A DNA stretch of 64,000 nucleotides. It comes from a virus. Taxonomy: Duplodnaviria; Caudoviricetes. The stretch lies in the IMG/VR virus record IMGVR_UViG_3300032247_000914, positions 7,084 to 71,083 of that record, one strand, 5' to 3'. This document shows positions 56,941 through 64,000 of this stretch, piece after piece. A program made the translations under genes and the position numbers. Under the pieces are notes generated by a model. That model was not told the origin of the DNA, made no database searches, and saw only the letters and a program-made list of their open reading frames with translations. Positions within the stretch are counted from its first letter, which is position 1. Each line of letters starts with the position of its first letter.

Positions 56941-57018
56941 TGGTCGGAGTAGTAGGATTCGAACCTACGACCCTCTGCTCCCAAAGCAGATGCGCTAGCC
57001 AGGCTGCGCTATACTCCG
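56941..57018 (-). tRNA. tRNA-Pro(TGG)
   Basis: Loop TTTGGGA, CCA. Confidence 0.92.
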
Positions 57019-57028
57019 AATAAACTAT

Positions 57029-57102
57029 TGGCATCCCCCCAGAGACTCGAACTCCGACGAACGGTTTTGGAGACCGCTATGCTGCCATTACATCAGGGAG
57101 AT
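57029..57102 (-). tRNA. tRNA-Trp(CCA)
   Basis: Loop CTCCAAA, CCA. Confidence 0.9.
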
Positions 57103-57108
57103 AAAACT

Positions 57109-57183
57109 TGGCGCCGCAGACGGGAATCGAACCCGCCTAAGTTGGATAGACAATCCAGTGCTCTCCCAGAGAACTACTACGGC
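57109..57183 (-). tRNA. tRNA-Asp(GTC)
   Basis: Loop TTGTCTA, G73, CCA. Confidence 0.85.
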
Positions 57184-57189
57184 AAAAAC

Positions 57190-57263
57190 TGGCAGGCGCA
57201 TTAGGGATCGAACCTAAACTAACAGAGTCAAAGTCTGTTGTGCTACCATTACACAATGCGCCA
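57190..57263 (-). tRNA. tRNA-Gln(TTG)
   Basis: Loop CTTTGAC, U1-U72 mismatch, CCA. Confidence 0.9.
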
Positions 57264-57272
57264 ACAATAAAA

Positions 57273-57330
57273 CAGGATACATTTTCTTTTATACCAAAAA
57301 AAGTTATATAAAATTTGCTGTTAGTATCCT
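57273..57330 (-). ncRNA. CAGCAA-motif RNA E
   Basis: AGGAUAC-UAA-CAGCAA...GUAUCCU-G; weak U-rich internal hairpin. Confidence 0.65.
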
Positions 57331-57336
57331 AAAACT

Positions 57337-57411
57337 TGGTAGCCACGGACAATTTCGAAATGTCGACTTATCGCTTATCAAGCGATTACTCTGCCTCTGA
57401 GTTACGCGGCT
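57337..57411 (-). tRNA. tRNA-Ile(GAT)
   Basis: Loop TTGATAA, CCA. Confidence 0.88.
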
Positions 57412-57416
57412 AAATT

Positions 57417-57491
57417 TGGTGGAGGCCGAGGAAATCGAATCCTTCTAGACAGCATCCTTGCAAGGGATACCCGTAGCCCACTACTGCCCCC
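57417..57491 (-). tRNA. tRNA-Ala(TGC), atypical D arm
   Basis: GGGGGC/GCCTCC with G3-U70, loop CTTGCAA. Confidence 0.8.
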
Positions 57492-57500
57492 AAATTGTAT

Positions 57501-57576
57501 TGGCTCCCCAGGGTGGGATCGAACCACCGACACCTTGATTAACAGTCAAGTGCAACTACCGCTGTGCTACTAGGGA
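57501..57576 (-). tRNA. tRNA-Asn(GTT)
   Basis: Loop CTGTTAA, CCA. Confidence 0.92.
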
Positions 57577-57585
57577 ATAAACTTT

Positions 57586-57660
57586 TGGTGCCTCCGGATG
57601 GAATCGAACCACCATCCCCGCGTTCGTAGCACGGTATCCTGTCCATTGAACGACAGAGGC
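57586..57660 (-). tRNA. tRNA-Arg(ACG)
   Basis: Loop CTACGAA, CCA. Confidence 0.92.
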
Positions 57661-57669
57661 AAACTAACT

Positions 57670-57745
57670 TGGTATAGCGTACGGGAATCGAACCCGCCTA
57701 GTCACCTTGAAAGGGTGATGACCTAGCCCAGAAGTCTAACGCTAT
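57670..57745 (-). tRNA. tRNA-Glu(TTC)
   Basis: Loop CTTTCAA, CCA. Confidence 0.88.
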
Positions 57746-57754
57746 ATAATAAAA

Positions 57755-57816
57755 CAGGATGCTTTTTTACGGTTTTGATTAAAAGTCAAATGTATAAAAT
57801 TTGCTGAACGCATCCT
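57755..57816 (-). ncRNA. CAGCAA-motif RNA F carrying a Lys(UUU) anticodon stem-loop
   Basis: AGGAUGC-GUU-CAGCAA...GCAUCCU-G; UUUGA-CUUUUAA-UCAAA. Confidence 0.7.
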
Positions 57817-57821
57817 AAAAC

Positions 57822-57897
57822 TGGTTGCGGGACTTGGATTTGAACCAAGGATGGCAAAGGCTTATGAGACCTCGCTGGTGACCGGACCCTCCCCGCG
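57822..57897 (-). tRNA. tRNA-fMet-like (CAT)
   Basis: C1-A72 mismatch, loop CTCATAA; lacks the 3 G-C anticodon-stem pairs. Confidence 0.8.
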
Positions 57898-57903
57898 ATA
57901 AAT

Positions 57904-57979
57904 TGGCGCGATATGGGGGTTTCGATCCCCCTACCTCGGCAGTGACAGTGCCGTGCTCTCCCGATTGAGCTAATACCGC
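57904..57979 (-). tRNA. tRNA-Asp(GTC), second copy
   Basis: Loop CTGTCAC, CCA. Confidence 0.9.
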
Positions 57980-57984
57980 AAAAC

Positions 57985-58060
57985 TGGCGTCCCGTATGGG
58001 AATCGAACCCATCTTACCAACGTGAAAGGCTGGTGTCCTAAACCGATAGACGAACGAGAC
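57985..58060 (-). tRNA. tRNA-Glu(TTC), second copy
   Basis: Loop CTTTCAC, CCA. Confidence 0.92.
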
Positions 58061-58066
58061 AAATTA

Positions 58067-58153
58067 TGGTGGAGACGACTGGAGTCGAACCAGTAGTGCC
58101 TTTCGGGCGGCGGATTTACAGTCCACTGGGGTTACCAATTTTCCTACATCTCC
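58067..58153 (-). tRNA. tRNA-Tyr(GTA)
   Basis: Loop CTGTAAA, variable arm, CCA. Confidence 0.92.
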
Positions 58154-58154
58154 A

Positions 58155-58937
58155 TTAACCTTTGAAACTGTCGTAAAACACAACAGTTTCTTCAACTTTA
58201 TCTATTATAACATCATTCGTGTAGTTGTCAATAGCATTTGAAATCCAACAATACAATAAATCATTTTTAATGTCACCATCTAAATGGTTACATCTTGGGT
58301 CATTGCTTAGTATCTTAAACATATTGGCACGTCTGGGCCATTGCCCGGCTACACTAACGGCCATTAGTGGACTAACAATTTCTACACCGTTGGTCCACTT
58401 TATGGGATATTTGATATCTCGAATAAAATTGCTATTGCTTAAATCTAACGCAAGAGTTTTCTCTACATTGACCGCGATACCATATTCCCATAAATGTATG
58501 ATTTTTACACGATCTCGAATTTGTGGTAGCAACACAGTGTCAAAGTACAGTAGTGCTGACTTCAATTCTAAAACATCTTTGTCATAATCAAACAAACTAT
58601 CAAAATACCCGCACACAGCTTGCCATATAACAGGATCTTCTTTGTGTATCCTAGATCCTGGAACAGTGGCCCCGCGATGGATATATCTATGTGTTCTATG
58701 AAATACTGTGCCATTACTGGGCCAAGTAAACACAGCCACATCTGGCATATCTTCCAACAGCTCTTGAAACTGATGAATCATGATGTCCCATACACCGCAC
58801 CCGCTCACACCTAAATGGCAAATCTCAGCATTATAGTGATTGCGAAGTTTTTCAATGTAGCTAAGATAATAGTAGCGTTCGCTGTGTTTGTTTGATACAA
58901 CATGGCAAAAGCTAGACCCATAAAATCCAATTTTCAT
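58155..58937 (-). CDS. Hypothetical protein, SGNH-like N-terminus
   Basis: MKIGFYGSSFC...LGVSGCG; start reassigned outside the tRNA-like gene. Confidence 0.55.
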   Translation of the reverse strand: MKIGFYGSSFCHVVSNKHSERYYYLSYIEKLRNHYNAEICHLGVSGCGVWDIMIHQFQELLEDMPDVAVFTWPSNGTVFHRTHRYIHRGATVPGSRIHKEDPVIWQAVCGYFDSLFDYDKDVLELKSALLYFDTVLLPQIRDRVKIIHLWEYGIAVNVEKTLALDLSNSNFIRDIKYPIKWTNGVEIVSPLMAVSVAGQWPRRANMFKILSNDPRCNHLDGDIKNDLLYCWISNAIDNYTNDVIIDKVEETVVFYDSFKG

Positions 58938-58949
58938 AAAATGACCAAG

Positions 58950-59024
58950 TGGTGGGTGATGCGGGAGTTTAACCCGCAACCTCTGTCAAGTAACAACAGC
59001 GCTCTAACGTTGAGCTAATCACCG
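58950..59024 (-). pseudogene. Degenerate tRNA-Val(TAC)-like gene
   Basis: Cloverleaf and CCA intact; C1-C72, G32, U37, T loop TTAAACT. Confidence 0.6.
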
Positions 59025-59039
59025 CGACAAATATTTATG

Positions 59040-59290
59040 GCACAGTGATTGCCTTGATAAAATTTAACACACTCTCCGCTATGCGTTTTGACACCGTCGG
59101 AAGGTGAAATAGAATGTGTGTATTAAAGCACTCTTCATGGATGAACCCACTTGCCTCGCGGCCCGAGAATGCTTTAATACGCTACCATTTTACGCATCTA
59201 GGTTATCGCCCTAGACTTACCATCCGGTAGGCCGCCCACATTAAGCCGATGTTTATAGTGCCAGCAGGGTCGCGTTCCCTATACACACTT
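59040..59290 (-). ncRNA. Candidate ~250-nt structured RNA, first unit after the attenuator
   Basis: GTATTAAAGCATTCT/AGAGTGCTTTAATAC, TCTAGG/CCTAGA and ACACATTCT/GAGAGTGTGT helices. Confidence 0.5.
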
Positions 59291-59300
59291 TTACTACGCT

Positions 59301-59334
59301 AAAAACAAAAAACCCCAGTTATTTCTAACTAGGG
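59301..59334 (-). terminator. Intrinsic terminator of a predicted attenuator
   Basis: CCCUAGUUA-GAAA-UAACUGGGG followed by UUUUUUGUUUUU. Confidence 0.85.
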
Positions 59335-59384
59335 TCCTTGGAGTTTGGGTAAACTTGCGTTTACATCATGTCCTCCCGGACCCT
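59331..59384 (-). promoter_or_regulatory. Predicted antiterminator
   Basis: AGGGUCC-G-GGAG pairs CUCC-AA-GGACCCU; inner GUAAAC-GCAA-GUUUAC; shares CCCU with the terminator. Confidence 0.7.
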
Positions 59385-59501
59385 TGTAATCTCTGGTGTG
59401 CGATCTGAGTTTAGACTATTAATCGCTAACCAATAGGTAGGCATAAAGCCGGCCTGTTTGGCTATGGAATAATGTTGTCTAAAATTCGTTACGCTTTTCA
59501 T
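59361..59501 (-). CDS. Leader peptide (46 aa)
   Basis: MKSVTNFRQHYSIAKQAGFMPTYWLAINSLNSDRTPEITRVREDMM; last codons form the antiterminator 5' arm; weak RBS. Confidence 0.6.
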   Translation of the reverse strand: MKSVTNFRQHYSIAKQAGFMPTYWLAINSLNSDRTPEITRVREDMM

Positions 59502-59558
59502 TTCTGTTCTCAGTTTTCTCTTTTAAAAATTTATACGCTTTTTACAACGTATGCTTCT

Positions 59559-59587
59559 ATTGTAATGCCTTTCAGCATCCTTGTCAA
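59559..59587 (-). promoter_or_regulatory. sigma70-type promoter of the leader/tRNA array
   Basis: TTGACA-17-TACAAT. Confidence 0.85.
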
Positions 59588-59658
59588 CACCTTTTGTAAA
59601 TTTATTTTGTTGTATTTTTACAACACCTTTGGTTTACATTGTTTGCTAACTTGTTTCT

Positions 59659-59687
59659 ATTGTAAGTTTATTTATGTCGGCTGTCAA
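59659..59687 (-). promoter_or_regulatory. Second tandem sigma70-type promoter
   Basis: TTGACA-17-TACAAT, 100 bp upstream of the first. Confidence 0.8.
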
Positions 59688-59744
59688 CCTATAGTTGTCA
59701 TTTTATGTAAAAAGACAAAAATATTTTTACCATCAGATGACCAC

Positions 59745-59752
59745 TATAAATA
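59745..59752 (+). promoter_or_regulatory. T4-type late promoter
   Basis: TATAAATA. Confidence 0.65.
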
Positions 59753-59768
59753 TTTCATCGGAGAACAC

Positions 59769-60773
59769 ATGAAAATTTTTATTACAGGTATAGCAGGTTT
59801 TTTAGGAAGCCACTTAGCGGATAGGATGATCAAACTAGGTCATGAAGTAGCAGGTAACGACACATTGATTGGTGGATATGAAGATAACGTTCCCAAAGGC
59901 GCTAAATTTTATCAAATTGATTGTTGTGACATAGACGCAATGACTGAGGCAATAGCAGGCAGCGATGTTGTTTACCATACAGCGGCCACGGCACATGAAG
60001 GGCTAAGTGTATTCAGCCCAAATTTTATCACCAAGAACATATTCCAAGCCAGTGTAAGTACAATCAGTGCTGCCATACAAAACAAGGTAAAAAGATTTGT
60101 CTATTGCTCCAGCATGGCACGGTACGGCAATCAAGAATACCCCTACAAGGAATCACAAAATCCACAACCAGTAGATCCCTATGGTATTGCCAAAGTAGCT
60201 GGAGAAGAGGTATTAAAGTCCATTGCTCCTATGAACGGTATGGAATGGATTGTGGCTATTCCGCATAATATTGTTGGTCCACGTCAGTGCTATGACGATC
60301 CATATCGTAATGTCATGAGCATCATGATCAATCGTGTGCTACAGGGAAAACCACCAATTGTCTATGGAGATGGTGGTCAAATGCGTTGCTTCAGCTTTAT
60401 TGATGACTGTGTCTACTGTTTAGAAAAATTGGCCTTAGATCCCACTATTAAAAATGACACATTCAACATTGGTCCTGATGAAGAATTCATTACCATACGA
60501 AGATTGGCAGAAACAATTTGCCAAGAGCTAGACTACACAGGTGAAATAGTTTATTTCCCAGAACGTCCAAAAGAAATCAAGTATGCCACCTGTGATAGCA
60601 CCAAAGCTCGTACTATTTTAGGCTATCAAACAGGCACCAGTTTCATTGACGGCTTACGTAGCACCATTGCTTATATAAAAGAGCGGGGCGTCAAACCTTT
60701 TGACTACAGCAACTATCCTTTAGAGATAGTCAATCAATATACTCCAAAAACTTGGTCTGAAAGGTTAATGTAA
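59769..60773 (+). CDS. NAD-dependent epimerase/dehydratase
   Basis: GIAGFLG, SSMARYG, PYGIAK, HNIVGP; start reassigned. Confidence 0.88.
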   Translation: MKIFITGIAGFLGSHLADRMIKLGHEVAGNDTLIGGYEDNVPKGAKFYQIDCCDIDAMTEAIAGSDVVYHTAATAHEGLSVFSPNFITKNIFQASVSTISAAIQNKVKRFVYCSSMARYGNQEYPYKESQNPQPVDPYGIAKVAGEEVLKSIAPMNGMEWIVAIPHNIVGPRQCYDDPYRNVMSIMINRVLQGKPPIVYGDGGQMRCFSFIDDCVYCLEKLALDPTIKNDTFNIGPDEEFITIRRLAETICQELDYTGEIVYFPERPKEIKYATCDSTKARTILGYQTGTSFIDGLRSTIAYIKERGVKPFDYSNYPLEIVNQYTPKTWSERLM

Positions 60774-60774
60774 T

Positions 60775-61362
60775 ATGATACACATGATTGCCACATCTGC
60801 TAATTTTGCGGATCGTTACGAAGAAAGAAAACAACAATATATCCGGGGGTTGAATTCTATAACAAAATTTTACAACCTTACTCCCTACATCATAGAAGCA
60901 GTAAAAGAAGTTGACTATTTTCCTGAACACTTTGTTGATAGAAACGATTACTCTATCAACAAAGGCAACAACGAATTCACAACTATAGATAACTTTTTTA
61001 AATCTGATCCCACTAGATTTGGGGATGACGATGTTGTCATCAAATCCACACTGAGATATGAACTCAATAGTTCATACTTTTTGGACTATATCAACGCCAA
61101 CCCGGGCTACGATGCCTATTGTAAATCAGGAAAAGATATCTATGGGCCGCAGGACACAGGCATACATACATTCCTCATTGCCATGAAATATCGTTGCTGG
61201 AAAGATTTCTTGGCCAATCATTTTACCGTAAACACCCATCAAGATCATCCTGTGGAAGCACAGGTGGCTCTATATGTAAAAAGCATCAATACCTGCTATG
61301 TTGATCATTTGGGTATTGATGCTGTGCCTTGGGCACACAACGGTAGACTGTATAAAGTCTAA
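60775..61362 (+). CDS. Hypothetical glycan-related protein
   Basis: Coupled to epimerase; DDDVVIKSTLRY. Confidence 0.5.
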   Translation: MIHMIATSANFADRYEERKQQYIRGLNSITKFYNLTPYIIEAVKEVDYFPEHFVDRNDYSINKGNNEFTTIDNFFKSDPTRFGDDDVVIKSTLRYELNSSYFLDYINANPGYDAYCKSGKDIYGPQDTGIHTFLIAMKYRCWKDFLANHFTVNTHQDHPVEAQVALYVKSINTCYVDHLGIDAVPWAHNGRLYKV

Positions 61363-62190
61363 TTAAAAATAATTGCCATTGGCTCTTGGGAACCAAACAT
61401 CACCATATCCGTGTGGTGTTTTGGTTGCTTGATCATAGTCCACACGAACTTCGCACCAAAAAGTTTTGCCCAATCCAATGGCCAAACTCAATGGCATACT
61501 TTGATTACCAATAAATTGCTCACAGCCTTGGATTAACTGTGCCATTTCCAGCATGTCGGTTACAGGTCTGTAGCCCACGTTACACTTGTACAATTCACAG
61601 AATGTGTCATGCTCTTTTTGTGTGCCGACAAATACTGCCATGTCTTCCAAATATTCGTTTTTGATCCAGTAGTCCCACTGTTCATGGAATGGACTCAGCC
61701 CAAACGCTTCTCTGCGTGTGTGACGTGGGGTGCGGTTAATAATAATGGGCTTGCCTGGAATACGCACTGGCTCAACATTGACCAACCAAGGATCAACCAA
61801 AAAGTGTTTACGATGTTCCGCAATGTCTACACCGCAGACCAGTCCGTAAACTTCAGTGTTATTGCCCTGCCAGTTTTCCACACGGCCGTTGCGGGCATAC
61901 TTGTCTGCCCAGAAATTGTAATGATAACGTAGGTCATGATCAATGGCTTCATCGGTCCATACAGCCACTTTATTAATATAGTCTTGTTTTTCTAACAAGG
62001 GAAATAGGAAGTCTAAATCCTGTTGTGTGTAACGTCCCTTATGATCACCGCTGTCTGGACTGCCCCAAACTTCACGGCTGATTTCATCCATGCCGTTCAG
62101 CTGTACAAACAAGTTGCCGCCCAACAGTTTGATAACATTTAGCGCATAGATGGTATCGCCAAAACTACCTGAGTGTAGATAATTATTCAT
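61363..62190 (-). CDS. GT9/heptosyltransferase-like glycosyltransferase
   Basis: HSGSFGDTIYAL; FIGNQSMPLSLAIGLGK. Confidence 0.65.
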   Translation of the reverse strand: MNNYLHSGSFGDTIYALNVIKLLGGNLFVQLNGMDEISREVWGSPDSGDHKGRYTQQDLDFLFPLLEKQDYINKVAVWTDEAIDHDLRYHYNFWADKYARNGRVENWQGNNTEVYGLVCGVDIAEHRKHFLVDPWLVNVEPVRIPGKPIIINRTPRHTRREAFGLSPFHEQWDYWIKNEYLEDMAVFVGTQKEHDTFCELYKCNVGYRPVTDMLEMAQLIQGCEQFIGNQSMPLSLAIGLGKTFWCEVRVDYDQATKTPHGYGDVWFPRANGNYF

Positions 62191-62962
62191 CGTTTGTTTT
62201 CCAAAGTTGGGGGGTGTTTTCTATCAGTTGATCTATATCAATGTAGGGGTCTCTGCTAGATTCATCAGATAGGTGTAGAGCTACGCTGGGGATAGGACTA
62301 AACATCATAACATCGGGCTGATGCCATACTTGGTTGATATGTTCGTCCTCACCTTTTCTTAGGATCCATTCAGCAGACATTTGGAACCAATCACGATATG
62401 TGTCATAGATGGCCTTTGATGCCATACAGGTATATGTACTGTGTTTTACTGTACGATAGTGTCTATTTGGTCCAAATAAGATAATACTGTCATAGATTTG
62501 ATGAATATAACGATGTGGATCATCATGTGGGTTAATGGCAATCATGTTGCCTGTGTTTTCCTCAAACTGATCAATAGTTTCAATCATGTCATTGATAGCA
62601 GTGGGATAGTGTAGGTAGTCGTCTTCCACATGATACCAAAGATCAGTGGCCTTTTGCTCTACCAATTCATAAACCTTGTAGCAGGTGTGGCTAGCACCTG
62701 TGCCATCTTCTACAGGTATAAAATATGTAGGAAATTTACATTTATTTAAAATTGTCTTAATATCTTCAACACACTCAGGCGCACTGTGATCATCTAAAAC
62801 ATAAAGCTCAATATCATGTTCATATACATTATTAATACTTTCCACTAAACTGCTGATACAGATATTGATAAGTTCTGGTTTAGATTTTTGTATATATCTA
62901 CTGCCGTGGATGGCAAATACCCGTCCACAGGTTCTTGCTACAATCGTTAATTTTCTTGACAT
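62183..62962 (-). CDS. Glycosyltransferase family 2-like
   Basis: VLDDHS, YHVEDDYLH. Confidence 0.7.
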   Translation of the reverse strand: MSRKLTIVARTCGRVFAIHGSRYIQKSKPELINICISSLVESINNVYEHDIELYVLDDHSAPECVEDIKTILNKCKFPTYFIPVEDGTGASHTCYKVYELVEQKATDLWYHVEDDYLHYPTAINDMIETIDQFEENTGNMIAINPHDDPHRYIHQIYDSIILFGPNRHYRTVKHSTYTCMASKAIYDTYRDWFQMSAEWILRKGEDEHINQVWHQPDVMMFSPIPSVALHLSDESSRDPYIDIDQLIENTPQLWKTNDE

Positions 62963-63092
62963 GGTCACCTTCTTAGAATAGTTGCGTAATAGTAGCACAT
63001 ATTTAAGGGCTTGTCAATTATGTGTGTATATTTTGGTAATTATCTATGTATTAAATAATACTACACTACCCCCAAACACTAGGAGCAACACT

Positions 63093-63368
63093 ATGGATTT
63101 CTTCAAAATAGTAGCCGAATTAGGCTTCCCCATTGCGGCGGCATTTGCGGCAGGGTACTTTGTTTTCCTTACACTAAAATTTATTCTTGCTGGGGTAACA
63201 TCCAGTGTCAACGGTATGGGTGGCATCATCAAAGGATTGGATGCTAGAGTTGACACCATGAACAACCAAGTGATTAGATTGGATGTCAAGGTCAGCCATG
63301 CCCTGGGGTTGGCACCAGATTATGATCGTATTTCCAGAGCCGAGCAAGCTGATCAACGCAAGGACTAA
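63093..63368 (+). CDS. Membrane protein with coiled coil (holin-like candidate)
   Basis: AGGAG RBS; GFPIAAA TM, heptad C-terminus. Confidence 0.55.
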   Translation: MDFFKIVAELGFPIAAAFAAGYFVFLTLKFILAGVTSSVNGMGGIIKGLDARVDTMNNQVIRLDVKVSHALGLAPDYDRISRAEQADQRKD

Positions 63369-63370
63369 TC

Positions 63371-63562
63371 ATGAAATACATTGATTATGATTGGCACATG
63401 ACTCCGGACAAAGTGATATTGGATGAAGAACTGGATCTTGAAAGATTGGGTTGGAAGCGCGGTGACTACTTCAAGGTAGATGTTGTTGACGGACGTACAC
63501 AATTAACTAAAATAGACGAGCTGGAAAAGTTTATTCAACGTTTTCCACGGGAGGAAACCTAA
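63371..63562 (+). CDS. Hypothetical protein
   Basis: 63 aa; LGWKRGDYF. Confidence 0.5.
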   Translation: MKYIDYDWHMTPDKVILDEELDLERLGWKRGDYFKVDVVDGRTQLTKIDELEKFIQRFPREET

Positions 63563-63574
63563 TATAGGAAATCG

Positions 63575-63582
63575 TATAAATA
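63575..63582 (+). promoter_or_regulatory. T4-type late promoter
   Basis: TATAAATA. Confidence 0.7.
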
Positions 63583-63608
63583 TCAATTATACTTAGGTAA
63601 CCCATACA

Positions 63609-64000
63609 ATGAGCCGTCAAGACCTTCCAAATTTACCGAGACTGACCAACCCAACAACAGCAACTACTCTGTTCCTTGTTGAAGATCAATCAGTTGAACA
63701 AACACTCACTACCCCACAGGTAGTTTCCTTATTACAAACACAAGGTCCCGCTGGCCCACAAGGTCCGCAAGGTCCAATTGGGTTTACTGGTTCATTTGGC
63801 TATACCGGTAGTCAGGGATATACTGGAAGTACTGGACCACAAGGGCCACAAGGTTATACAGGTAGCCAAGGTTATACGGGTAGTTTGGGTTACACTGGCA
63901 GTGTCGGTCCACAAGGGCCACAGGGCTATGCCGGCAGTAAGGGATTTACAGGCAGTCAAGGTTACACAGGGTCAGCCAGTACAGCACCTGGGCCAACCGG
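63609..64000 (+). CDS. Collagen-like fiber protein (partial), paralog of 987..2831
   Basis: MSRQDLPNLPRLTNPTTATTLFLVED followed by GYTGS repeats. Confidence 0.8.
   Translation, partial: MSRQDLPNLPRLTNPTTATTLFLVEDQSVEQTLTTPQVVSLLQTQGPAGPQGPQGPIGFTGSFGYTGSQGYTGSTGPQGPQGYTGSQGYTGSLGYTGSVGPQGPQGYAGSKGFTGSQGYTGSASTAPGPT

Noticed and set aside
54344-57816. CAGCAA repeats as a CRISPR array or simple terminators
   Set aside because: Dispersed rather than regularly spaced, stems covary, interiors are 30-190 nt, and there are no cas genes. The loops are too large for intrinsic terminators, and downstream tRNAs must be transcribed through them.
59361-59501. Codon diversity of the leader as proof of design
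   Set aside because: 35 distinct codons in 46 is close to the ~32 expected from uniform random codons, so it is not independent evidence. The attenuator claim rests on the RNA architecture.
59472-59768. N-terminal extension of the epimerase, and similar track extensions into tRNAs (44103, 51296, 56322, 58979)
   Set aside because: They cross promoters or tRNAs; downstream ATGs with RBS or late promoters fit better.
1-64000. Alternative genetic code or suppressor tRNA
   Set aside because: No CUA or UCA anticodon tRNA, and genes are intact and tightly coupled under code 11.

Overview
64 kb from a large AT-rich tailed phage with T4-like signatures (TATAAATA late promoters, a gp9/10-type N-terminal motif). 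A proteobacterial host is inferred from a phage-encoded RNA polymerase omega homolog. Left end: late virion block of collagen-like (GYT-GSX)n fibers, an Ig-like protein and a baseplate-type fiber. Middle (12-42 kb): mostly minus-strand accessory genes, including SOD, UvsE, nucleotide-sugar enzymes and glycosyltransferases, QueD/FolE, ClpP, an MBD4-like glycosylase, a DfrB-like protein, phosphatases, a kinase and ATPases. 44-59.3 kb: 34 canonical tRNAs covering all 20 amino acids, plus two aberrant tRNA-like genes, interleaved with halogenase-like, 2OG-Fe(II), parvulin and rpoZ genes. Two RNA-level systems in the tRNA region are the main candidates for novelty. (1) A TROVE-like/vWA (Ro60-like, DUF2828-type) gene with seven RNAs sharing a closing helix plus CAGCAA motif. 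One sits in the gene's own leader, one has YrlA-like permuted tRNA arms, and three carry perfect anticodon stem-loops (Lys-UUU, Ser-UGA, Leu-CAA), suggesting tRNA decoys. (2) A leader peptide with antiterminator and intrinsic terminator ahead of the tRNA array, predicted to turn on tRNA transcription when translation stalls. All annotations and folds were read by eye; no searches were run.
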